Below, in pieces: positions 25,828 to 37,460 of a stretch of DNA of 64,000 nt. Below the pieces are notes generated by a model. That model was not told the origin of the DNA and did no database searches. It saw only the letters and a list, made by a program, of their open reading frames with translations. Location of the stretch: the NCBI GenBank assembly GCA_051294905.1, contig CM119375.1, positions 6,200,001 through 6,264,000 on the forward strand. The letters run 5' to 3'. The position numbers and the translations under genes are program-made. The first letter of the stretch is position 1, and every line of letters begins with the position of its first letter. This stretch comes from Botryllus schlosseri (taxonomy: Eukaryota).

Positions 25828-27093
25828 CAGTGCTCTTCAACCGGGGTTGTCGTACACCCTAGGGTGTACCAGAATTTGCAAAGGGTGTACCGCTCGGATG
25901 GGGTGTACAGGGGTGCACCAGATCCGAATTACAATGAGCCGATGGCTAGCTGTCACAAAGGCAGGTTCATGGGCCAGTACAGGTTGACGCACAGGTTACT
26001 GAGCAGTATGGTGCGATGTTATCTCAAGTATAATAATGTACACCGCGTGATTGTGATGTCATTCCTCCTATTCATTTAGCCGTCGGCAATGGACCAATGG
26101 TTCCGTTTGGTGTTAGAAAGTATGCAGTTAACAAACATGTGTTCAGCTAGTCACTTGTCTTTTAGTGATTTTTGAGGGAACCTCCGCGATAGCTCAGACT
26201 TCTTGAATCGGTACTTCTAACCGACGTTAATAAATACCGCGGTACTTCCAACCGACCTTAATAAATACCGCGATGCACATAAATGAAGTGACGTAGCCAG
26301 CCAGGGTCGAAACAGCTTCCATGTTGAAATCGAAACCCTTTTGTTTTAAAATGCCGATTTTATCTCCAATATTTCGCCATACATTTACAATTTAGTATTT
26401 TGTTATCAGTGATGCAAATTAGCGAAAAATACACTGTGTATAGCGGCATGCGATATGAGGTTACTGACATTTCTTGCAGCCCAAGTGCTACTATCGACTG
26501 TGTGTGGTGTGGGGCAGGTCTGATACGTAGTAGGCTGGTGCGCCTGCTATCATCGCTGCGCTTCTGCAGCAGTAACTTTACCTATTCTTTCCCCAATACT
26601 GTTACATTTAGGTTGATTATCGTTCGTAATGTCATGCTGTTTTTGGGGTGACACGAAATAAATTCCAATTTGCGTGGCGGGCGGCTTAACTGACTGCGAA
26701 TAGACTCTGTGACCAAATACTATTTTATTCAAATCCAAATTTTTTGACGGCAATAACTCCGCTTCTACTGGTTGGAATCGAACCAAATTTGAAGAACATC
26801 GTTTTCATAGACAACCTAATACTTTCATGGGGAACAAAAAAATTTCAAATTTTTCGGTATTTATTTTATATAATAAATAGAAACTTTCCTCTCCCGTAGC
26901 AATGCGGCTACCGGTTGGAATTGAACCAGATTTTTTGTGTAAGCTTAAGTTAGGTAACCTGACAATTTTATCAAGTAGCCAGTACGATTAGAGAAAAAAA
27001 GTCATTTTTGAAGACCTCTAATGAACAGGGGTGAACGAGTTTTGAGCAAACGTTAAAAGGGTGTACCACGTCGAAAAAGGTTTAAGAGCACTG
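25828..27093. mobile_element. Buster-type hAT MITE containing a foldback-family fragment (~26720-27020)
   Basis: CAGTGCTCTT...AAGAGCACTG ends; perfect TSD GTTTAGAA. Confidence 0.85.
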
Positions 27094-27330
27094 GTTTAGA
27101 ACAATGCCGGTTTTTCGATTTGAAGGCTATTTCGGGGTGGTTTCATTGCCTTGATAAAATTGCAATATATATATTGAGAATCAACGCGACAGTAGCTTTC
27201 TAATAAGATCAACTTTATTTACCTTGAGCGATAAGTGTCGTCAGCTGTGGGAGTAGAAATTATGTTGCTTTCATATTTCTGAGCTGTGATTTCCTCTGAG
27301 CAAGCAAGCGTGACGACGGGTGTTGCATAT

Positions 27331-27917
27331 TTTAACGAAATATATTGGTATAACGCCATTTTAATAATGGTTAATAAGGAGTTGGTAAACCTTACGTAAT
27401 TCCCTGAACTGAGACCTGATAAGACCTTTGTGAGTCGTCTATTTGTCGTGTGAATTATAGATAAAAAGATAAATAAATCGTACGATGTTTGGTGCATTTC
27501 GAGATATACGTGTAATACCACGTAGAGACATTGATGCATGCATTGGTGATTATTAGCTGACTCGGAAGTCGACAAACATTCATGATTATTAGCTGATTCG
27601 AAAGTCGATATACCTTCATAAGTATTCCGCTGATTGGGTGAAAAATATATCGCATTTTGGGCCGTACGTGATTGGCAATAAAAGTACAAGTCGTGGAGAC
27701 AGAAACAAAATATATTCGTCAGTGTGATCCATCAAATTCGTGTGCAAGAGACAGGCTTCGTGGTACGTCAGCCAACAAGGTCGTACGGCGTGGTTACGCC
27801 GGTCGTCGAACGCAAGGGAACACGCAGCGAATCGTAACCGCAACCTTCTGGAGTCAATAATACATCTTGGAGTCAGATATACAATTATACAACTACAAAC
27901 ATTCGCTCTGCGTTATA
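27331..27917 (+). repeat. 5' LTR
   Basis: TTTAACG...CGTTATA; about 12 substitutions versus the 3' LTR counted by eye; internal ~36-bp tandem duplication; AATAAA near 27677. Confidence 0.97.
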
Positions 27918-27934
27918 TGTTGACCTCCGACGTT
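27918..27934 (+). promoter_or_regulatory. Primer-binding site, degenerate tRNA-Trp complement
   Basis: TGTTGACCTCCGACGTT directly after the 5' LTR, versus the tRNA-Trp complement TGGTGACCCCGACGTG. Confidence 0.75.
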
Positions 27935-28507
27935 CAATTAATCAAGACCGACCGGCCGACCGAAGACAATCAATATAAAAATTCGCCTTGCACGACGATG
28001 AGAAGGATCAATCAGCAATCAGTGACGAGGACATACATCAAAAGTCATAGCGACGTTCTCGCAGAAGAAACGACAACGAACAGCGCCTACTCAGAAGAGA
28101 CGAAGGATTGTAACATATTTGAAGTTAAGTAGCTTTCCCGGACAGGGTTTTGCATTTATTTCAATTTCAGTGACGGCGTTGTTGAATGGAACTGTGTCAA
28201 TTGTGGAATTAATTGTTTAGTCATGTCAGAGTATCGAGCTATGTGGTAAAATTGTGTTGTTTGGGAAGTTTTCATGTCCGTTGAACAGGTTAATTATAAT
28301 TAGAAATTGCTAGTAAGTTTGTGTGAATTCCGTATTGTTCATTGTAATTTTGTTTTTCAGTGATATAGCCATTATTTCGAGGTAAAGTCTGAGTTGGCGT
28401 TCCTGCCGGAATATTCGTCTGTGTGCGGTACGACATTTGCGTGTACGGGCAACGAAAAGGTAATCATTTTCAATTCTCGCATGAGCAATTGCTATTCACT
28501 GTCATAA

Positions 28508-29413
28508 ATGAAAGTGAAAAGTAGTGACAACGAACCTCTGGATAGATTCACCTCTAGCGAGATCACTATCAATCGACATTTTAACAAGCAGGAACCGGCG
28601 CTGCATTTCAGATTATTAGAACATCAGCTCGAGGGCGAGAATGTACGGTCGCAAAAACCTAAATATCTCATTTTGTTGAGGAACTTGAATGACGCACACT
28701 TCGCCGCTATCGATGGAAGTATTCCTGGCCCACATGATCCTAATTGCTACGACTTGCTTAAAAAGGTTCTGTTGGACCGTTTTGATGTTCCGATTAATCG
28801 GAAGTTGAAAAACTTTTATGCCGAGGCAGTTGTGGGTATGGATCCCAGAGATTTGCGATCGCAGATTAATGAGTGAGCGGGTGCCGATAATTCACCGCAT
28901 ATGGCGGGGTTCAAGCGCCACATGTTCTTGCAGTACTGCAGGCCCGACATCGCTTTCGCATTACGTGGACATTATAGAGATGATTTTGATACAATGTGTC
29001 AGCGCGCGGTTGCGCTATGTGGGGGGTCAAATTCGGGTAATTACTCCATTCAAACTAATGAAGTAAGTGTGGCAAAACCGGAAAAGCAGCGCGCGGTTAG
29101 AGCTGAGGAAGATACGCAGTTAATCGAGTCGATAAGTAAGCAACTTGCTAGGATGGAGAAGCAAATGGCGGAATTGAAATTGGATGATGTTAAAGTGCAA
29201 CCAAGTGATGATAGCAATAACTCTTTGAACCATTCTCCCATGACGCAGAATAGGGCTGAGTCAATCCGCAGAGGTACGCGATATTATCGGGGCGGCAACG
29301 TTGGTCCAAGAGGTGGCAGTAATACCGATTGGGTATGCCAGAATCATCACCGATATGGTGATCGGGGCTTTTCAGCCTATCGTAAACGTAAACGTTTTGA
29401 TCGTAGTTCATGA
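28508..29413 (+). pseudogene. gag: Gypsy gag with in-frame TGA at 28874-28876
   Basis: FNKQEPALHFRLLEHQL...YDLLKKVLLDRF...VGMDPRDL...FLQYC pattern of CsRn1-type gag; C-terminal CQNHHRYG knuckle-like motif; the two ORFs share one frame. Confidence 0.8.
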
Positions 29414-31445
29414 CTACATGGCAGTGGTTTCTACCCAAGTGGTCCAAGTATTAATTCTTTTGATTTCGAGTATCTGGCTTATGCGTTTGATAAATTAAAT
29501 GGTTTGAATTTCTTGAGTGAAAGTGGGTCCATGATTTCTAATTTACCAGCTAGTGAACATGTGATTCGGAACTATACGCCGAAATGGCAATTTCGGGGAG
29601 CAAATGGTTCCGTGATTAATGCGTATGGCACTAAGACTTTGATGTTGCAGTTTGGTGATAATGAACCACTTGAATGTCCTTTTGTAATAACCGGAGTGTC
29701 GAAGTCAATATTGGGCTGGAATTTCATGAAAAAGCATAGGTTGCTTTTAGATCCAGAATTGGATGAACTCGCGACTCGTGACCGCAGTACTGTAATAAAA
29801 TTGTCTCAAAACAAATTTTCGTGTCTTGTCGCGCATATCGACGCGAGTGAACGCACACCATACGCTGAGTTACTTAAAGAGTTTCCGGAGATCTTGGTCC
29901 GGTAACCTGTTAAACGGCGCGAAATGAAACATGTCATGCGAATAAAAACGTTCGGTTATCTAAAATCTCCGAAGCCACGTTCGATCCCAACCCAGTATTT
30001 GTTAGAAGTTCGGCGGCAAATTAAAGATATGTTGCAGCGCGGTGTAATTTCAAAATCGGATTCGGATTTTTGCTCGCCGATCGTGTGTGTTCCAAAACAG
30101 AGTCACGTTGAGGGTAAACCTCCCGGTGTGCGGTTGTGCATCGATTATCGTTATTTGAATTCGCATGTGGCTCCTCAGTGTTATCCATTACCGATTATTG
30201 CGTCGATGCGTACACAAATGGCAGGGGCCAAGGTATTTTCCACTCTGGACATAGCAAGCGCGTACCAAAACATTGAGGTGGCGGAGTGGCGGAGTCAGAC
30301 CGCCATTTGACAGCGTTTTATGCGAAGGAAATCGGTAAACTTCAGTACAATGTGTGTCCGTTCGGTTTTCGGTCCAGTGGGGATCAATGGTGTAAGCTGG
30401 CTTACGAGTTGCTTGGGGACATTCCTAATACTTTTCTGTATTGTGACGATATTGTGGTAGCGACGCCTGACGAGAAGTCTCATTTGGAGACGTTGCGAGT
30501 AATTTTTGAGAAACTAAAGAGTGAGTCCCTTTCGTTGTCTATTGAGAAGTGTAAGTTCGGAGCAGAGTCAGTTCGCTTTTTGGGGTTTTTGATCGACAAG
30601 GATGGCATCAGACTAGATCCCAGACGAGTTGAGGCGATTGGGAAATTTCCAGTGCCAAAGACTATTCGTGAGGTGAGAAGGATGATCGGCATGATCAACT
30701 ATTATTCGAGAAGCATCAAGAATTGCTCATCAATTATGCAGCCGTTGTATGATTTATTAAAAGGAACAAATGCTCGGAGTAAGCTCAAATGGTCCAGTGT
30801 GGCGCAGAATGCATTTGAGCAGATCAAATCAGCTTTGATAGATGCAGCGAGATTGGCTTTTCCGACATTCAAAGGACCTATACAGCTTGTGACAGATGCA
30901 AGTCAAGTTGCGTTGGGCGCAGTAATCAATGAGTACCAGAATGGGAGATTTGTACCGCTGGCTTTCTTCAGCAAGAGTTTAACTGAGTCTCAGCGAAAAT
31001 GGTCAGCTGTGAAGAGAGAGACGTACGCTGTATACATGGCTCTGCAGCATTTTCGAGATTGTTGCATGGGCAGGTCAGTGAGCCTTGTCACGGACAGTCA
31101 GGTGTTGGCTAAGATGATTATCAATCCGAAGGAATGTGCTGACCCAGCTATGTTTCGGTATCTTGAGTACATTAATTACTTTGTGAACAAAACTACATGT
31201 ATCCGCGGTATTTTCAACTCCGTTTCCGATTGTTTGTCCCGTGTTGAGATAAATGAATTTGTCGTACCAGAGGGTTTGAAGCCTGATTTTATCAAGCGTA
31301 TTGCAGCGGAACAGTTGCGAGATAAGGAATTAATAGAATTCCGAAAGAGCAATTTGGCTGAGACTGGTTTGAAGTTAAGAGTGTTGAAGTTGTCGGTAGA
31401 TCCCAGAAGTCGTCTGTAATTCCACGAGTTTGGGTTCCACGTCAT
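29414..31445 (+). pseudogene. pol: Gypsy pol: protease, reverse transcriptase and RNase H (disrupted)
   Basis: Degenerate protease site FLSESGS; RLCIDYRYLN, FSTLDIASAY, LYCDD; RNase H LVTDAS and TDS. Stop at 29903-29905, 8-bp duplication frameshift at 30278-30295, and a frameshift/stop near 31417. Confidence 0.93.
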
Positions 31446-34268
31446 ATGAGACGAGAATTGTTTGAACATGTACATTCTCTTTCGCACCCCGGAATGCGCG
31501 CGACGTTGGCATTGGCCAAACGGCATTACGTTTTCCCCGACATGGACAGGTGGTTACGAGAATCAGTGAGGGCACGTCCGATGTGTAACAAAAGCAAAAT
31601 TATTCGTCATGTACGCTTCGCATTAAAACACGTACCGCGACGTAGTCATCGCAATGCTGACATTTCAATTGATATCGCGGGTCCGCTTCGTGAAACGGAA
31701 GATGGTAATCGATATTTTCTTATCATCGTTGATCGTGTAACAAATTACACTAATGCAGTCCAGAGTTGGATCAATTGTAATTTGTAATGTAATTGAATGT
31801 AATTAATTACATATTTCAATGTAATTGTAATGTAATTGTAATTGAAGCATTTTTATTTTGTGTAATTGTAATTGTAATTGTAATTTGACAAAAAGTTTGC
31901 TCAATTACAATTTATATTACATTAAATTGCTATTGAGACCTGACAAGCACAACATAAAATAATTGACTTATAATGCATTCTCTTTAAATGTCGACAAGGA
32001 ATTTGGTGGATCCATTCGCGGAAGCCCTTGACTGCGCCCTTGCGGGTTAAGTTTTTTATTTTTACCGCTATGCTGGCCTCGGCTGCCATTGTATACAATT
32101 ATTAGATTACTAACCATCGGATGGATTCGCAACACGTGACTCACGATTGAATACGCCGAGAAGCGAACTGCTGAGTCGGCTAAAAGCAGCAGAATTGATA
32201 GTCCCATAGCTAACGATCCAAGCGTCGAAATTTGATATGTATGGTCCTAATCGAAAGCTAGTGTCGCACTGATTCCGCAATAAAAGTATATTTCCAGGCA
32301 ATGGTACCATCCCAAAATAGTCGTGAAAGTCTGGGAATCGGCATTGTTCTGAACAATCGCTGGGAGTAATTGGTCATTGTTGTGGTCATGCTGCTGCGGC
32401 GCTCTCACTTTTCAGAACAGTCGGCCTTAAACGGCTATTTTGGAGCAGTTACATTGCCCTGACGAGATTTTAATTTGTATTTTCGGAATTAGTGCATCAA
32501 TAGCTTACGATAAAGACCAGATGTATCAAATTTGGACGCCTGAATCGCCAGCTCTAGGACTACAAAGTTTGCTGCTTTTAGCCGGCTCTGCAGTACGTTT
32601 GTCGGTGCATTCATCCGTGACTCACATCTTGCGCATCTATCCGTGGGTTGGCAATCTACAATACGATTTCAGATCACGATGCTGCATCGTTACTTCGTCT
32701 GGCTAACTAACCAGACCACTGGATATTATATAACGTCTTATCTGACAAAGCACGGTTTTGTTTTCACCCCTCATCCTAATTCCTACGTCCCTCGATAAAA
32801 ATAATATTATTTCTTTAATTATATACTATATACGCAAATCCAACCCGTGCATGATTCCAATACTTTTTTCAACGACATACTGCATACTGGAATAGTTCGA
32901 AAACGTTTTTCTTTTATTAATTACCGGGTATTTGCGTATCATGAATGAAACATGAATACTTGAATTGTTGTTAATTACGACGCTACGGTTGTCAAGGAGC
33001 ACGGTTGAATTTATCATTATTCAATTACATGTTCAACAGCAGCAATTGTAATTGTAATTGTAATGTAATTGAAGCATGCAAGGAGTAATTGTAATTGTAA
33101 TTGTAATTTGATATTTTTAGCATGGAGTAATTGTAATTGTAATGTAATTGAAACATGCATGAAAGTAATTGTAATTGTAATTGTAATTGAACTGAAATAA
33201 TGTAATTGATCCAACTCTGATGCAGTCCCCATGAAAAGACAAGATACTGACACGGTGATCCGTGCTTTGATAAATGGTTTTGTGAAGGATCGTGGAGCGC
33301 CCATGGTTATAAGGTCCGACCGTGGCTCAGTGTTTACATCGTATGAATGGGAAAAGTTCATGTCGGTCCTTGAATGTAAACACTCATTTTCGTTGGCACT
33401 TTCGCCACAGCAGAATTCGATCTCCGAGACGGGGATCCGGCGAATAAAGCGCGGTTTGCGGTGCGCTAATAATCCCGCGGCCTGGGATCGGCTATTGCCT
33501 TTTGTGATTTTGTCATTGAATGCCTCTGTGCGAGAGGGATATGATTATTCCGCGGCGGAAATGACGTATGGGGAAAATGTGCGGTTGCCGGGAACCTATT
33601 TTGAGTATGACCCCAATAAATTCAAGAATAGTCAAGCGGAGGTACTGTGTGATGTACGGGAATTTTTCGAAAACTTGAATTTCAGTAAGTCCAACATCCG
33701 GACGAATGTCAATGCATACGTTCCGCCGGATCTCATGGTTTGTGCACATGTTTATGTAAAAAACGAGAGGGGTAAAAAGACCGCTTTTGATTTCTGGTAT
33801 GTGGGTCCTTACAAGGTAATCGAGAGATCGAAATCAGGGAAGGCCTTTACCTTGTTAATCAAGGGAAAGGAGAAGGCTGTGTCGATTGACAAGCTGAAAG
33901 TGTGTTACTTTCCTCCATTTGATGTAGATAACGACATGTTTGATGATTTCGTTCAGCAGTTTCCGCCCGTTGATGCGGACAAAGTGGTACTAAACTCCGC
34001 GGTAACTCCGGGTGACGCGTGTGTAATTTCGTCTGGTAGTGATGGCAGCGAGAGCGACTGTCCGAGTAGTATTGGTAGCGCGTCCCGAGAGCGTATCCCT
34101 GAATGCTTACCTGTTGATGTCGATCGCGATAATAATGGACATGAATCCAAATCTAAGACCCAAACATGTAATGAAGGCAGAACTCTCAACGAGTCAAGTC
34201 CAAGATATACGTCGAGAGGGAGACGAATTGTTAGACCAAGACATTTGAATGATTACGTGTTGCATTAA
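31446..34268 (+). pseudogene. Gypsy integrase split by a MITE (segments 31446-31760 and 33228-34268)
   Basis: HVHSLSHPG zinc-finger region, ISIDIAGP, IRSDRGSVF, ...SISE..., GPY motif YVGPYKV. Removing the MITE plus one TSD restores TNAV-PMKRQD. Confidence 0.93.
31761..33219. mobile_element. hAT-type MITE with GTAATT/AATTAC arrays, inserted in the integrase
   Basis: TIR CAGAGTTGGATCAATT...AATTGATCCAACTCTG; perfect TSD ATGCAGTC; homologous in opposite orientation to 41648-43381. Confidence 0.95.
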
Positions 34269-34667
34269 ATCACGTAGAATAAAGATATGCGTGATGAAAA
34301 TTGTGCTTAGTACAGTGATATGTTATGTAAATGCAAGATTGCTGCATCATGTTGTGACTCCTGTCGTAGAACGTAAGGATGGGGTCACCGAAGCCCGTTG
34401 CTCAAGTATGTGTTGTAGTAATAAATGCTGATATCAAAATATTAGGCTCGTGTAGGCCGGTTATGCTTCACGGAATTGTGCGTCATATTTGAGATGATCA
34501 CGGCAGAATTGTCGTTGAGTTGCCATAAGCCCTCTGTTGTTGCGATCGGACAACATGGATTTGGTAAGAATGGTTGCTGTTCCCGCTGGACGGGTTGACA
34601 GTAATAATGAGAAAGTAGAAGAAGAAGCGATTGATGACAGTGAATAGCATGTTCTGTGGGTCTTGAG

Positions 34668-35176
34668 TAGGGCTGGGCAAAATCGAGTACCTGAGTGATT
34701 CGATTCTGAATCACGTAAAATGCTTCGAGTCGAGTCGAGTATTCGAGTATCACTCATTATGACGTCACAACACAATGTACTATGTAAAAGTTTAAATATG
34801 TACCTTTTATGTCACAACGAAGAACATAATGCCTGTTACCCGTCACGATACTTCGGTATGTTTTCGACCATACCGACTTCATTGCACTTCTTGACAATGT
34901 TGTGGAACGATCATGACTTCGGAAATGTGTTATTTCCAGTAACGTTCGTAGCTTTGTACTATGTCTATGATGCTACGACACGGCAAATCAAGGTTTCAAG
35001 GCTTCCTCAGTGGAAAATATTATCAAAACTATAATTCTCGTTAGTTCATTAACTTTCAGTTGCGAGGAGCGTACAATTTCAGTACTCTAAAAAATCGTCT
35101 TTTACTACTCGACTCGAATCATTACAATTAATACTCGATTCAGATTCGAGTACTCGAATCATTGTGCCCAGCCCTA
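34668..35176. mobile_element. hAT-type MITE in the 3' non-coding part of the Gypsy element
   Basis: TIR TAGGGCTGGGCA...TGCCCAGCCCTA; perfect TSD GTCTTGAG; ACTCGA/TCGAGT subterminal repeats. Confidence 0.92.
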
Positions 35177-35710
35177 GTCTTGAGGCATGATTGCTGAAGG
35201 AAATATGGTGTTGACCTTGCATACACGTAGATGGTATTCGTCAGTGCATATAGACTGGTTTAGACTGGTTACGTCTGTGAATTGCATTGCATTTTCTAGT
35301 TTGTGTTGCTCTTTATTATACATTTTCATTAATTTGTTGTTATTGCATGCGAAGTGATCTGTAATGTCACGGTTGTAACGCTTTTGTGCTGGTTGAATTA
35401 TGTATTTTATTTCTTTGTTTTGTTAGAACGCTAACTATTTTTGATCTGAGGTTCAGTTGCCAGTAGGACGGAACGATGATATTGCGAGTCGTTCCGAGAT
35501 GGTAATGTAAAATAGGGTGTCCGAATGCCACGCTTGGATGGTATTTCGTTTCATTAGTTTACTTTTTCCCCTGCATATAAAATCGTTTCCTGTCTCCAAT
35601 CCCTAGGATTAGCTTCAGTCTTTATGATTAGCCCCAGTCCATATGTTGTATAACCCTAGGTATGAGATATTCACCAATATATTCGTTTTTTTTTTACACC
35701 AAGTTCTTTT

Positions 35711-35725
35711 GGTAGGAAGGGGGAA
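35711..35725 (+). promoter_or_regulatory. Polypurine tract
   Basis: GGTAGGAAGGGGGAA immediately before the 3' LTR. Confidence 0.9.
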
Positions 35726-35727
35726 CT

Positions 35728-36314
35728 TTTAACGAAATATATTGGTATAACGCCATTTTAATAATGGTTCATAAGGAGTTGGTATACCTTACGTAATTCC
35801 CTGAACTGAGACCTGATAAGACCTTTGTGAGTCGTCTATTTGTCGTGTGAATTATAGATAAAAAGAGAAATAAATCGTACGATGTTTGGTGCATTTCGAA
35901 ATATGCGTGTAATACCACGTAGAGACATTGATGCATGCATTGGTGATTATTAGCTGACTCGGAAGTCGACAAACATTCATGAATATTAGCTGATTCGGAA
36001 GTCGATATACATTCATAAGTATTCCGCTGATTGGGTGAAAAATATATCGCATTTCGGGCCGTACGTGATTGGCAATAAAAGTACAAGTCGTGGAGACAGA
36101 AACAAAATATATTCGTCAGTGTGATCCATCGAATTCGTGTGCAAGAGACAGGTTTCGTGGTACGTCAGCCAACAAGGTCATACGGCGTGGTTACGCCGGT
36201 CGTCGAACGCAAGGGAACACGCAGCGAATCGTAACCGCAACCTTCTGGAGTCAATAATACATCTTGGAGTCAGATATACAATTATACAACTACAAACATT
36301 CGCTCTGCGTTATA
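35728..36314 (+). repeat. 3' LTR
   Basis: Same length and termini as the 5' LTR; followed by CATAT. Confidence 0.97.
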
Positions 36315-37239
36315 CATATCTATCCGTAGGTTAGTTATCTACAGTTATTGTGTATGCATGAGATTGAAATTCATTCTTTCTGCAAAGGCTTTGCGAACGT
36401 TAAACGGGAAAGCAGCAATCTAGCCCGATTTGTTGTCATAATCAGTGAACAACCGTAGCAACGCAAGCTACTCATAACTTCTTTGTGTTCGATGTAATAA
36501 ACGAATTGCTGATTGTATACGCGCTTTCTCGTCCGCTGTTGTTTGTGGCATTCATGGTGTTTTTGTACTGCAATGGCCATTTACATTAGTCCGATATTCG
36601 TTATTACGATTCCGCATCTGATGACTTGGAGCACGGTCCATTTCCAGACGCCGCTTAAGAGAGGGAGAGAGAGAGAGAGAGAGTCTTTATTTCTTTCATC
36701 CGACCGAAGTATATAACAAAACATGGTTCCCAACCTTTTTCCACCCACGCAACACTTCGAGGTTTTATGCAGTGCTCGCGTACCACCTACATAAGGTACG
36801 CACGTCGTTGGCGGTCAAAATGTTTTCACCATTTATGACGTCATACTCACGTATTTGAGTTATGTGAGCTGTAATAACTAGGGCGATTTTTTACCTAAAA
36901 ATCGGAGGATTTTGACCTAAAAACACTTAATTTTGACAACATTTTGCCTTCACATACGCAAATTAAGTGTCTTCGCACATAATGTTAAATATGTGCTACT
37001 TATATTCATTTCTGGTAGGGACTGTCCGTCCTCACGAAAAAGCGTTTTTCACCTGAAAGATGACATATTTTGACATGAAAAAACTTGATTTTAACGATAT
37101 CTGGCCCAGTAGTTACACTACGAATTATGGTCGAGTTAATTAAAATTTGTTGTAGTACAACGAAATATACTTTCTTACATTCTCTTTGAAAATCAAACGT
37201 TTGTGCTCTCAATAACCGATATAACATCTCTTCCTTGTA

Positions 37240-37460
37240 CAGTGTTCACGAATGTTCAGTTTATGTCACAGTTCTAGCTTTTACAAATAAAAGGTAATCG
37301 TTCTTTCACAAAGAAATCGATTAAATAAGGGAAGTAGTCGATTACGATTACGATTACTTCGGAATTTTTTCGAATGTAATCGATTGCGATGGCGATTACT
37401 TGAAAACGGTGTAATCGTCGTAATCGATTACGATTACTAATCGCGATTACCCCATGTCTG
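37240..37460 (+). repeat. Right end of a GATTAC-array hAT element (left end not found)
   Basis: Aligns with 13540-13754 and ends in ...GATTACCCCATGTCTG. Confidence 0.8.

Larger units (their letters stand above)
27331..36314 (+). mobile_element. Full-length, disabled Gypsy/Ty3 LTR retrotransposon (CsRn1-like)
   Basis: Two 587-bp LTRs, CATAT target-site duplication (27326-30, 36315-19), PBS, PPT, gag and PR-RT-RH-IN domain order. Confidence 0.97.

Noticed and set aside
27219-27860. Paired ORFs repeated at 35769-36334
   Set aside because: They are incidental frames within the two LTRs.
34269-35710. Possible env-like third ORF in the Gypsy element
   Set aside because: Only short ORFs without signal or TM architecture; one third of the interval is a MITE.
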